The translations under genes were made by a program, and so were the position numbers. This document shows positions 37,234-49,382 of a stretch of DNA of 64,000 bases, piece by piece (position 1 is the stretch's first letter; the number at the start of each line of letters is the position of its first letter). The notes under the pieces were generated by a model, which searched no databases, was not told where the DNA came from, and saw only the letters and a list, made by a program, of their open reading frames with translations. The DNA lies in contig NW_027191483.1 in NCBI RefSeq assembly GCF_011745625.1, forward strand, positions 62,001-126,000. Reading direction: 5' to 3'. This DNA comes from Cladosporium halotolerans (taxonomy: Eukaryota).

Positions 37234-40214
37234 CTACTTCGTGTCCGGGATCGCGCCTTCGACGACAGACACGGCGGCGACGTTGCCGCCGTCGGCGGCG
37301 TTGCCGTTGAGCAGCGCGAGGGCCGAGATGACGTCCGAGGGCTCGAGGAGGTGCCAGGAGGCGATGGTCTGCTTGGAGCTGGCGCCGACGGTGACGGCGA
37401 AGACGTGCTCGTCGGGGAGCGAGGAGGCGCGGAGGGAGCGGAACATGTCTGGAGGGGTTTGTTAGCTCGTCGTTGGTACAATTGGGGGTACTTGGAGGGA
37501 TCTGAGAACCTACCTTCGTCCGTGAAGTCGTCGCCGAGGCAGAGCACGAACTCCGGCGCCTGGCCCTCTTCCGCACCATACTCGTTCACGAGCCTCTTGG
37601 CGATCTCGCCCTTGTTGACGAAGCGCGGGCGGACTTCGAGGTTGGCCTTGCCCGGCATGACCTCGACGTCGAACTCCTTGACGACCGTCTGCTCAAGCTT
37701 CTTCTGACACTCCTTGGCGTGGTAGATGCCCAGCTCGTGGTCCGCCCTACGGTAATGCCACGTGAGAGCGATCTTCTTGCGCTCGATGAAGCTGCCCTGG
37801 GTGCGCTCAGTGTAGTGCTGAAAGACGTTCATAACATCTTTCTGCCAGGACATGTCGTAGTGCTCCGCAAGGTTTTCCCACTGGGTGGTGTGGGGGAGGC
37901 GCATGAAGGAGCCGTGCTCGGCGGACAGACCGAGCTCTGTTATGTGGCCCATCCATTCGTCAAGGAAACTCTGGTCGCGACCGGAGATGATCCAGACAGC
38001 GTTGTTCGGGTTGGCCGCAAGGCTCTTAAGATTGCGGATCACGCGATCGGACGGGATGGCAGCTTGAGGCTCTCTGACGATCGGAGTAAGCGTGCCATCA
38101 TAGTCGAACATGAACAGACGCTTCTTAGCCTTGCGGTACTGGCTGAGCATCAGCGCACGGTCGAGCAGAGGGGTGGCGTGCGACTGGTCGAAGGACGCCA
38201 GGTTTGTGAGTAGGCGCTTGAGGTAGCTGGTGGTCCAGCTCTGGACGGTATTGCTGGTGACGTGGTCGAACAGTCTCTTATGCACTCGGGCCTTCTCCTT
38301 CTCCGGCATTGTCAACGCGACGTCAATGGCGTCAGCGGTGCCACCAAGGTCCCACGGGTTAATGTGCATCGCATTTCCAAGGCTGCCGGCGGTACCAGAG
38401 AACTCCGATATTATCAAAGGACCGTGGCCGTCGCGCTGGCATGCAACGTACTCGAGTGCCGTGGTGTTCATCCCATCGCGCACACTGGTGATCAGTCCGA
38501 CGTCTGCAATACGAAGCAGAGCAAAGTACTCCTCTTTCGAGAGGTACTGCGAGTAGTGCTGAACCGGGGTAAAGCTGAGCGAGCCGTACGACCCGTTGAT
38601 CCTTGCGACAAGGTCGCTAATTTTATTGGCGACCTTATCGGAGCCACTGTCTTCACGATCCTCAATGCTAGTGGGGCTCGTGACCTGGATGAGTACGACC
38701 TTGTCGTGCCATTCAGGGTGACGCTCCAGGAAAATCTCGAATGCCTGCAGTTTCTGCGCCACACCCCTCACGGAGTCCAGACGATCTCTGCCAACGATAA
38801 TCTTCTTGCCGTGATACAGTTCGCGGAGAGCCACAATCTTCTGCTCCACGAGAGGATCCTTGAAAGCCGCCTTGAGGGTAGCTTCGGCGCCGATGCCGAG
38901 CGGGAAAACGTCCGTCGACACATGCGCACCATATGCGTCAACGCCTGCCACGGACGAATCGAAGCCAAGAACTCTTGTGCAACACGACGAGAAGTGTCGT
39001 GAGTAGCTGTAGGCTTGGAAGCCGATCATGTTTGCGCCGAGCACACCCTCAAGGATCTCCTTCCGCCGACTGAGACAGCGGTAGAACTCGCTACTCGGGA
39101 AAGGAACATGCAGGAAGAAGCCGATATAGATATTGGGGAGACGCTGCCTCAACAAGCTTGGCAGCAGAAGCAGGTGGTAGTCGTGAATAAGGACAACATC
39201 TCCCGGCTTGTAGACAGTCATGATGGTGTCGGCAAAGGCCTTGTTCATCTTGTAGTACAGCGCCCAAGCCTTCTTCGCAGCACGGCCATCGGTCGGCTCG
39301 TTCTGCTTGTAGTGGAAGAGCGGGAAGAGTTCATGCTCGGCGAACCGTCGCCACTTGCGCTGATTGCTGAAAGTAGCAACGCCATTGCTATCGACGTCGT
39401 CCGACAGCCAGACGGGAGCGACACGGCCACCATGGTCGTGCTCCAACTGCTTCTCCAAACGGCGTCTGTCACTCTCGGGGACGTGGATCTCAGCGCTCTC
39501 ATTCGGTACTGCGGACTTGTGGTGGGAGTCGATTGGGATCGGTGCAGATGCCTTGTTCAACGGCACAGCGTTCACCGAGGTACCTTCATTGTTGTTGGGA
39601 GCAGTCACATCAAATTCTCCAGTCCACCCAACCAGCGTGTGATGCCATTTAGACTCTTCACTAGCGAGGAAGGCAAACGAATCAAACAATGCAGACGTTC
39701 CGCGGCGGTTGGTGAGCTTCCAGTCAGACCCGGGACGGTAGCCGACCTTGTAAGGCACGCAAAAGGTGGCGCTGATGATGTTGCCCGTCAGGCCGAGACC
39801 GGGATGCTGTTTCGTAGGGTCAATGTCCTCGAGCGTGGGTACTTTGGTGCGTGAGTCAACAAGGCTCAGGCGTCGCAGAACTTCCTCGGGATTCCTGGCA
39901 CCAGCAGCAATTTCGGCGGGCGAGCTGGGTCTACGACCCTGCTGGTTCAGAGTCGCAGGATCGTCGACGGCAACAGGGCTGATCCCGTCCTCCTCTCCAG
40001 CCTCGCGGCGGCTATCGGCCTCTTGAGCGGCCAGATAAGGGCGGTCGATTTCGGACCAGTCGTGGACACCAGGAGTCACCGGAACAGAAGTTTTGTCGGA
40101 TTCGAGAGCCGGGTTGACAGACTGGAGACGAGCAATCTGCGGCCGACCCCCGTTGTTGCGTGGAGCATTGGCGCTGCTGGGCGGACCACGACGGGTGAAG
40201 TAATCGTTGGACAT
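37234..40214 (-). CDS. TPS2: Trehalose-6-phosphate phosphatase subunit (971 aa; exons 40214-37514, 37448-37234)
   Basis: GT20 domain (IHDYHL, FFLHVPFPSSE, GRDRLD, RDGMNT, SEFSG) plus HAD motifs FDYDGTLTP, IISGRD, SAEHG, GDDFTDEDMF. Confidence 0.95.
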
Positions 40215-40954
40215 GCTTGCGCCTCAGCACGTGACCAGGGGCGAATTCCCGGGGCACACGCGATGATTGCTTTTTCTGTGAGATCTCAGCAAAAGTTCAA
40301 GACAGGACCGCGCAGGCCTGGAGGCGAGCAGCGAGTTATGAACGCGGTCGACAGGCAAAAAATTGTGTTTGCGATGGACTCACCGACAACAGCCTCCGCG
40401 CTCACGTCACGCTGATTCAAAGCGTGCTGGCGGCAGGTCGGGCGAAGGCGGAGGTGACTGCGCCGCGATCTGAAGGGCCGTCAGTATTGTGTAGTGATGC
40501 GAGAGCAAGCACGTAGTCAATGGGTGGTAGGGATCGGTGTGTGGCGCGGCAGTAGGGGCAGGGCGGTCGCACGCTGGGGATGGGCCCTGGCGGTGCGTTG
40601 GGCGCGGGCATAAAGGTGAAGTCACACTCAGCACAGGCTCCAGTCGCCCGCCGTCGCGCTGCCAGGCTCAGCCAGGCTTGCGCAGCGCGGTGCTGCCAAA
40701 ACGGCCCGCCGTCATGCCCTCGTGGTGGGGCAAGAAGCAGGTACTGCTAGCATGTGATAGGCCCACGCTGACCACCGCCCACCAGCCCACCCTGACAACC
40801 ATCGCATAGTGGTCACCCTCCCGTCATACCGGCGACACGAAGCCACAGCTTTTGCCTCAACATCCTGCGTACTGCTTGCCAGTCGCCTGGTGCGCACGCC
40901 AGTCATATCGCGTCAGCAAATTGTACTAGTCAGTCAGCGCATCGCAGGCAAGCC

Positions 40955-41572
40955 ATGTCTGGCGCCCCAAAGACAGCAAACTCTGGCATCCAGCGCCTGA
41001 GCAACGGCTCGTCGGTCATCCCGTCCTCCACACGTGCCGACGGCTCGGTGCGCAGGGAAATCAAAGTCAAGCCCGGCTACAAGCCGCCTGAGGACGTCGA
41101 GCTTTACAGGAACCGCACTGCAGCGGCTTGGAAGAACCGCGGCAAGGGCGGTGTGCCTGGCGCGGAGAGCGTGCAAAAAGAGGATGAGGAGGCTAGTCTG
41201 GCTCTGAACAAGAATGCCAAAAGGCGAGAGGCTAGAAAGAAGGCCAATGCGGCTAAAGATACAGCCGACGAGACCGCTGAGATTGTGAAACCTGCCAAAG
41301 AGGCAGAGCCTAAGGCAGAGGAGGTGGATCCCGAGGCTGAGAAGGCGAAGGAGGCGAAGAAGCTCGCGAAGAAGCTGCGCCAGGCACGCGACCTGAAGGA
41401 CAAGAAGGAGAAAGGCGATAACCTGCTTCCCGAGCAGTTTGCGAAGGTTATTAAGATGAATGAGCTCATTCGCCAGCTCGATTCGCTTGGATTCGACTCT
41501 GAGGGCGAGAAGAAGGCCGACTCCGAGCAGGCAAAGGAAGAGCAGTCTGCAGCTGGCAAGGTCGAGGGCTGA
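40955..41572 (+). CDS. PYM1: PYM1/WIBG exon-junction-complex (Mago-Y14)-binding protein (205 aa)
   Basis: IPSSTRADGSVRREIKVKPGY Mago-binding motif; C-terminal KKLAKKLRQARDLK...LLPEQ coiled coil. Confidence 0.88.
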   Translation: MSGAPKTANSGIQRLSNGSSVIPSSTRADGSVRREIKVKPGYKPPEDVELYRNRTAAAWKNRGKGGVPGAESVQKEDEEASLALNKNAKRREARKKANAAKDTADETAEIVKPAKEAEPKAEEVDPEAEKAKEAKKLAKKLRQARDLKDKKEKGDNLLPEQFAKVIKMNELIRQLDSLGFDSEGEKKADSEQAKEEQSAAGKVEG

Positions 41573-42001
41573 AGCCCTTCACCTGCTCTCTTAAGGCGAT
41601 GCTCATCCGCCTACCAACCACGACTTCCTTACAAGGGAGATGCCAAGCACCCCGAGCATTCTGAGAATTGTACAATGTAGGGATAAAGATGAGCTTGATG
41701 CAATTCCCATGATGAATTCACCCATATCTACGGATTTGGGGAAATGCTCACATCGCTCAACTCTGCACGCGAGCCTTGCCTAATGATCAGGTCCTTCCGC
41801 TGCGAGCCAGAGCCCGCCAGGCACCAGTCACAAGCTGGTCAACGTCGATGTCGAAGACAAAAGTTTTCGCTCGCAACCTCGTTCGAAGCTGAATTTTCCG
41901 AACGAGGCCATCTCAACGCTTTTCAGGAATTGAGACTCAATACGCACAAAACTCTACTTAGGATACCGTACCACAAACCGATCACATTCACCAATCTAGT
42001 C

Positions 42002-42781
42002 TCAATCCTCCCTCCCTTCCTCGCTTTGCACAGCAACAACACTCCCCTCAGCCGCCCTCACACGCTCAAACCCCACCCGCCACTTGCCGCACGACTTGCA
42101 ACCCGCCCTCTCCCCGCCCTCACGGCAATTCTCCTGATGGAACCGATCCCAGTCAACCAGCACGTTCCGCGTCGGCGAACCCCTCTCATGCTCCTCCTCA
42201 CCACACCCCACCCCCTCACCATCCTCTCCATCGTCCTCCAGCACCTCGCTCGACGGAACCGGCGACGGCGAAAACGACACCGACCTCTCTCTCCCCCTCT
42301 CCACCACGCCCCCGAACTCCCTCCCCAGCGCTCCCAACCCCTCCTCCCCAGCTCTCACAACTCCCCTGCCTCGCTCGAGCAATCCCTCCACAGCGCGTCC
42401 GCAAGCCTCCGCCCTCTCCTCCGATTCCGGGAGAGAAGCCATTTCGGCGCGCAGAGCAGCGAGGCGGGATTGCAAGGCGGAGTCGAAGGTTTGGAGGAGG
42501 GTGTGCAGGGCCGTTAGGTGGGGTCCGAGCCGCTGTGCGGCGGGGCGGGGTTCGGAAGGGGGTCTGGCGGGGGTCTCTGTGGGGTGGAGGGGCTCGTGGT
42601 CGAGGGAGAGGAAGGAGATGTCGAAGTCCTCCGGGTCGTGGTGGTCGTGTGGGGAAAAGGGGCCGCTGCTGCTGTCGCCCACGTTGTGTTGGAAAGCTTT
42701 CCGGCTGGCTTGGGGGTTAGGAGTTTGGTTTGCGGTTTTGGTGGACGGGGAGGCTTACGGGGAGGGCGGGTAGCGGTGCAT
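42002..42781 (-). CDS. Hypothetical protein (about 241 aa; exons 42781-42759, 42704-42002)
   Basis: ATG CAC CGC TAC CCG CCC TCC CC|GTAAGC...CTAAC...CAG joins in frame to the 226-codon ORF; no recognisable domain. Confidence 0.4.
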
Positions 42782-45722
42782 TTGGGCTGGTTGTGGATTG
42801 TGTTCTTGAGGGGATACTTAGGCCTCGATGGCGGAGTGCGTGGAGGGTGCTTCCCATGAGGCCTTTGGTCGATTGGGCTATATATCACGATTTGATTGGA
42901 GAGACATATTTACTGAGAGCGTTATTGCGAGAACCATGGTGAATGATGCCGTTCGAGGGGATCATGAGAGCGTGCGAAGGCCCACGTTTTTGACCAGCTG
43001 TGGTGGCCGAGCAAACACATAATCTCTGCGTGTGATGTTTTGCAAACAGCAAAGTGGTAGCATGCCGGAGTCACTGACGGTGTCGAGCCAGGAGAGTATT
43101 CAGGTAAATGCTCTCGACAACTCGCTCGCAAAGTCAACAGCAATGCCGTTTGCCAGAAGGGCAGAGAAGGCGGTATGCATTTCGAGGACTCACGAGACCT
43201 CCGCCCACCGAGCTGTGTGCTCGAAGCCTAGACTTACACCCACCGCAAACGCGTTCCCAAAACAGGCCCAGGTTGGACACTCACTCCACCTCCGCGCAGA
43301 CGCGAGAACGTGACGCCGGTACACTAACGCCGTCGACTTTCGTGCTGCGTACCTACATATGCGGGTCCGAATACGGACCGTGAACTCGCGGTACAGTGTC
43401 GAAATAATATCGACCCACCAACGCACCTGCGCCGCACGCCGCAGCGCTTGCAAGCCGTCGTGGCAGACGCCATGCGTACATTCATGCCGTTGGTGCATGA
43501 TGTGGGCCCAGGTTGTTGTTGAGCCGCAGAGCCCAGCCCAGGCTGGCTTGCTATTGTACCGTAGAATGCCATGTGGCACCAGAGGGGGGCGCGCAGGATG
43601 CAAGACGGCAAAATACAGGAACTCATGTGGGAAGAGTTGATGTGCTGGGCCGGCCAATCGTGCTGCTAGTGGAGGAAGAACTCTGCTCTTCGCAGACCCT
43701 GGGAAGGAAATATTTGTTCCAAGAGGCGTTGTGTCACATGTGGGCTTCTATTCACGGAAGGACTGGTCCGACAACGGCAAGCGCGATTCGCATCGTAACC
43801 CGGTTGTGAGAGATTCGTATGTTGTTCGAGCAGGGGAAGAATTTAGCCCTGTCGGTGAAAGAGAATATCTCGACAAATTCAGTATACACGCACGCGGGCG
43901 GGTGGGGTCAGAAGTAGCGGCGTGATGTGCTGCGGCACTGGTCCTGTAGGCGAAGAAGTAAATTGCGTGCAGCGAACGCGTCAATCGCTAATTCGTGGCC
44001 GGCCAAGAGCTGAACATCGGGTATACACTGCAAAGAGTTCATTTTCTTGGCGTGTTCAGGGAGAGTGAACGACCGTGCCATCGGGCAGCAACGAAACCAC
44101 ACGTGGGCGGTAGATAAGGGGTCGTCAACGAAGGATCCCATGGGATGCCTGAAGACACGACCTAGGCAGGGACGAAGTTTCCGGGTTGATGTCGCCAGAC
44201 AAGGAACGCGAGACGCGGTTCCAGACATCCGCAATCGCGTCTACGCGCTTAAAGGGGTGATAGCCGCTGTTGGTGCTTTACTTTCCGCCCCAATCGCCCA
44301 CAAGCCCGGACGAGAATCCCCGGCTTTCCCATGCCCTTCCGCATCGGAACGACCGGGGTAGCCGGCGCCGCATTACTCGTAATTAAACCCAGTCGGCGCA
44401 GGCGAGGGCAGGCGAGGCAGAGGCGTGGCAGGGTAATATGGAAGCCAGCCGCGATTCCAGGGCAGACGCATCGGCTCAATGCCCGCTGAGAGCGGATGCA
44501 GAACGTACGCTGGGAATACGGGACAGAGCGGGTCCGCGAGCGTGATAACTCATCGTGAAACCTGTCACGTGTGCGAGCGACGAAGGAAGCAGACGAGGTT
44601 AGAGCAAACGTTCGCGGTGGGCCAAGTTTGATAAATTGCCGATGAGTGCCGTGACAGGTCAAGCACCAGAAAACGCCTCCGGCAGAACGAAGCGTCGTGA
44701 AGCGGCAGCGGGCATCCAGGCCTGCGCCTCGCTTCAACCTGTCGCGTGAAAGTCAAGTGGCGTGGCAGGCGTGCAAGGCGTGCTGCTGCACGGGCACGCC
44801 TCGCACGCGGGACCAGGATGGCGCCGCTCCGCCAGCGGCATGAGAGCTGAGCGAAAATAGGTCATGGCCTGAAAAGCTGAGGAGACTTGCAGTATTGCAG
44901 TATTTCATGCTGAGGGAGTCATGGCCTCTGTGCGCACACGCGTTGCGGTGATGTGCAGACCTAAGGGATGTGCTAGTCGTCTGCACAACCTCGCGGCACA
45001 TGTACAGCACCGTAAGTACCTCGGCCAGGAGCAACAGCAGCGGATCTGCAGAGAGCTATCTCGCCGGCGTGTGATGCACGTCGGCCTGCCATAGTAGTTG
45101 AGTTGCACGGCGGAGCGGGCCCGTTGGCAGGGGCCGGCCAGGGGTGATGAGATGCCGATGGCGTGAAGCGTAAAGCTGCTTGCGGTAAAAGCGTGGAAGG
45201 CCCGTCGGCGTAATCGGGCACCGATGCTGTGGGATGCTTTGCACTTGCGCCTTAGCGCGTCCTCACGCGCGTGCCTGAGGTTCGTCGCCCGTGTCCACAA
45301 ACACGATCGTGATGCAGATGCGAGCTGTCGATGGCTGCTGAACGATGGCCCTCCCGCCGCCCTCGCTGACCGCATGCGTCCGGAAGTCGTAGCAACATCA
45401 TCCCATCCATGGGTCGGATGGAAGCCGCGACAGCAGGCTCGCTTGCGGCGAGAGCGTGTGTTGCGACGCAAACAGACGAACCACGCGTGTCGTGTCCACG
45501 CTACAGCACGTTACTACTGTACATACCTTACCTAGACACTGGCAGCGCAGGGCAAGCAGGGCAGGACAGGCTGCTCGTGCGCGCCGCTGCACGCAACGGC
45601 GGAGGCCAGCTGGTCGGGACCGCGGCTGCATGTGCGATGCCCAGTGCTCAGTATTGCTCCACGCTCTGGCCCGGCGATGATCGTGCAAGGCCCTCCCGGC
45701 GGCGGGCGCAGGGCGAAGGAGT

Positions 45723-45776
45723 TGCTGCTGGCCGTGCTGCTGGCCGTGCTGCTGGCCGTGCTGCTGGCCGTGCTGC
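45723..45776. repeat. 12-bp tandem repeat (TGCTGCTGGCCG) x4.5, with a (GGC)n run about 40 bp downstream
   Basis: Directly visible tandem copies. Confidence 0.85.
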
Positions 45777-46833
45777 CATGCGCGCACACGCCTCCCGGTA
45801 GCCCGCAATTGCATGCGGCGGCGGCGGCGGCGGCGCGAGGTACGCAAGCCTGCAGCTGCAGGCCACTCGCTGCAGGCCTAGCAGGCCCATCGCCGTTCGC
45901 CTGTGCGTGCTCCGCAAACGCAGCCTGGCCGCGATTTTGTGACTGGGGACCGCGGCCCGCCCTCCAACTGGTGCCATTGAGTAAATTGGCCCGCGCCGCC
46001 GCCGCCCATTGGGTGGCGGGTGGGTGGGTTGACGAAGGTCGTCGAACCTGTGGTCCTGTGGTCCTGTGGACCTGCGTTGCTGCTGCAGGTCGCGCGCAGC
46101 TGCAGTAGCCTGGCGTGTGGGTGTTTAGGCGTGCAGAGCGCACGGCGTGTCTTCACTTCTCGTCACGCCCATTGTTTTTTTCTGCGCATCTGCGTTTGCT
46201 GTCTCGTCTGCTGTCCTACTCCCCATCTCATCACTCGTGCTACGGTGGAGCAGCGGCACAGCAAAGGGCGACGGCAAGGCCATCCCAGCGCCCCGTATTC
46301 CGTCGACTCACTACCCCGGCTCGTGCGTTGTGGCCGCAGCCTGCCGGAGACAGGCGTCGAGACCCTTGCTCGCATCTCGAGCACGCCCGCCGCGAGAAAG
46401 TTCCCTTAGGCTTCGCCTCTCGCTCAACACCCGCCCGACGCCTGCGCACGCCCTCGCCCTCTCGCGTGCACAAACACGCGCGTGCTGCCACTCGCACTGC
46501 TCTGTTCGACCTCGTCCGGCCTCTGTTCGCTCCGTCGACGCCCATTGCTGGCGACGCATCACTGCCTGCCCGCTGCCGACAGCCCGTAAACAGACGACTG
46601 TGGGGTCCGCTCCGCTGTGTGAGACACACGAACACTCCAGAGTCAACAAACCGAGTCAACATACGTCAACAACCCGGCATCTGCGACATTCGAAGAGCAA
46701 CACTGCTCGCTCGCCCTTTTATTCCTCGATCCGCCGTCTAGCACGCTTCACTCGGATTCCCATCACGTCGACTTTCACGCTGAGCGACTTCGACGCGTTG
46801 AAGGCCTGAGGCCTCCCACCAGCATCCATCGTC

Positions 46834-48240
46834 ATGGCTATCCTAGACCACTCCCGCTCCGACTCTTCGGATACCTCATCCACCGGCTCGTCCTACCAAC
46901 ACATCCTGGATCATGTCTTGACCTATCACGCTGGTTACGAAATGCCCCTCCGTACCATGTACACGCTCAACAGCGCCCCACGTGCACAGCCATTGCCACC
47001 TCGACGCGGTACACCCACATCGAGTGCAAGCAGCTCGCCCACGTCTCCCATCGTCAGCAATGCATGGCAAGAGAACCCGACGACCAGCATCTTCAACGAG
47101 AACCTGATGGCACAGATGTCGCAACTGCCGACCCAACCTGCTTCGTTGCCTCCCAGTTTCATCACTTCGTTCCTTGGCAGGTGTTTCCCAGCAGACCTGG
47201 TCAGCGTGGACTTCCCACAGGCCCTGACCGGTCTTGACTACCTCAAGGACCTGGAGATCCGGAGGCAAAGGGAGGTTGCCCTTGCGCTCGGCCGCACACA
47301 CGTGGATTCGGCCACCCTGGAGAACGAACATGAGTTAGCTCACCAATTCCCTGGTGTCGCCCGATGGAAGCGAAACATCAGGAATCAAGAGCAGATCATT
47401 GAGTCTCTGTACACTGGCCTGTACATCGGGCTGAGGCGTTGGGTGAGCACCTTATCTGACCGTGGCTATCGTGGAAAACATGCACTAACTTTCTTCTAGA
47501 TCCTCATTAACGAGCTTTCCTTGACGCCTTTCAACAGGCACAACTGCGTGGCCATGCTCAACACATTGTACCCACCTTTCGCAGCACCGCCCACGACCGT
47601 CAACATCTCTCAGGACAACCTCAAGAAGCAGAGAGATGGCTTCTTCCGATACATCTCAGCCGTCGATCGAGATGGCCCGCGAGTCCTGTCGAACGTCATT
47701 AAGCAAGGTATGGCTGAGGGTGACAGTAACGGCTGGGCACCCGTTGTTCGTCAACTCCAAATGTATCTCCAGCACGCCAACAACATGATCAACGAATGCT
47801 GCAACGTTCACGACCTCGAAGATCTCGAGCCATCCAAGCTCGTCTACGGCAAAGGCAGACGGTCAAAGACCGATTCAGGGATCTCGATCCAAGGCTCGGA
47901 TGTGCGCCCATCTACTGCGTCCCACGAAAGTACACATAGACCCAAGACCCCGTCTATCGGCCGAGGCACCGCCCTGGAGAAACTTGCTCGTGGCCTGAAG
48001 ACCATTGGCCGCAGCCGGACAGATGTCACAGAGATCAGCCCAAGGGAGGAGATGTTCAATACGTCGCCACCGAAGCAGCACAAGGGACTTCGAAAGATGC
48101 GAAGCATGGGCGACCGTTCCTTGAAGTCCGCACACGCGCAGGACTCGCCCGCTTTCGACGTGGAAGAGATGCGCCGCCACCGTCTGGCATACGAGGCAGG
48201 CCAGAAGCGGTTGGCCACTGGACGCAGCTTTGAGGTCTGA
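46834..48240 (+). CDS. Fungal hypothetical protein, probably conserved (449 aa; exons 46834-47442, 47500-48240)
   Basis: YEMPLRTMYTLN, SLPPSFITSF, VDFPQALTGLDYLKDLE, LYIGLRRW|ILINEL, NCVAMLNTLYPP; a canonical 57-nt intron joins two ORFs in frame. Confidence 0.8.
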
Positions 48241-49382
48241 GCCGACCGTCCACTAACACTCTCACCACTGGCCAATGCTAATTGGCCATTCTGGATTGTA
48301 CGATTTTCTTATTCTCATGCGACGATACCACGACGAGCGCTCACACGTGCGCCACCACACTTGTTTCCATTATTCTCCTCTTGTTTGCACTTTTTGTCTA
48401 TATACTTATCTTGCTTTTTCAATTGGGCGAACTGGCGTTATAGACGAGGGGGATGTCTAACACGGGATGGATGCCTCGCTGGCGGCAAAAAATATCTATG
48501 GGTTGGCCTTGATGGCCCGTGGTCGGGAACCAAAAGCCTATGGTCGAGGCAAAGCGTGTAACGCTATGGGAAGACGGGTACCGGCTGAGGACTTTTGGGT
48601 ATAGGCCCAGGGATGGCGTTTACAATTGCTTTTTGCGAGATTACGAGACGGATTGGCTTGCTTGTGAGGCGATAGCCTGCCACTCGAGTTGAGCCAAGAT
48701 GTTCCGTGGGGATAGGACGTCGGATTACTCTACCTTAGCCAAAGGAGATGACAAAAACCACAAAGTTTCCACACAAGAGCTGAAGAGATCGACTCCCGCC
48801 TCTCATTCGTCACTCAGCACTATTCTTCCAGCCTCTCTGGCTCGGTGTAATTCGGGCTCGAAAGGCTGGGCTAAGGCTCCAGAGACGGCAAGATTGGCGG
48901 GACGAGGCGCAGGAGTCATACTTTCATAGTCCCAACCCTACTTCAAGCATGCGTTTCCCGCAATCACACGAAACCCTCTTTCCACCTTCTCCATCCTTGT
49001 CGCGAAGTTGTCCATCATCGCCGGACGTAAGGCAAACGCGTCGTCGTCATTCCCGCCTTCCGCTTGCTGAACTTGCAGATCGCCAACCGCACTTGCACTC
49101 GACCGGCTTCCGCGGCGTCAAGCACCGCTCGTCCATTGGCTTTCCCGTCAACAATAACGTAGCTCAACAACGGCACTCGTAGATCTCTTGTCGTGGCGCC
49201 GCCGCTATCACTCCATCTCACCACTGCACCTTGCCTCTTTTGGCGCTGACGGGGGATTGTTCCTAGTCCACAGCTAGACGCCTAGTTGGACGCCTTGCAC
49301 CCACCGTTCCACTCCGTCGACCTCGGTCCGTCACCTCACTCGACCATCACCCAACAATTCCTCCCGAGAGCTTCACCTGAAG

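Noticed and set aside
45723..45776. Direct repeats as a CRISPR-like array
   Set aside because: Eukaryotic DNA; repeats are tandem with no spacers
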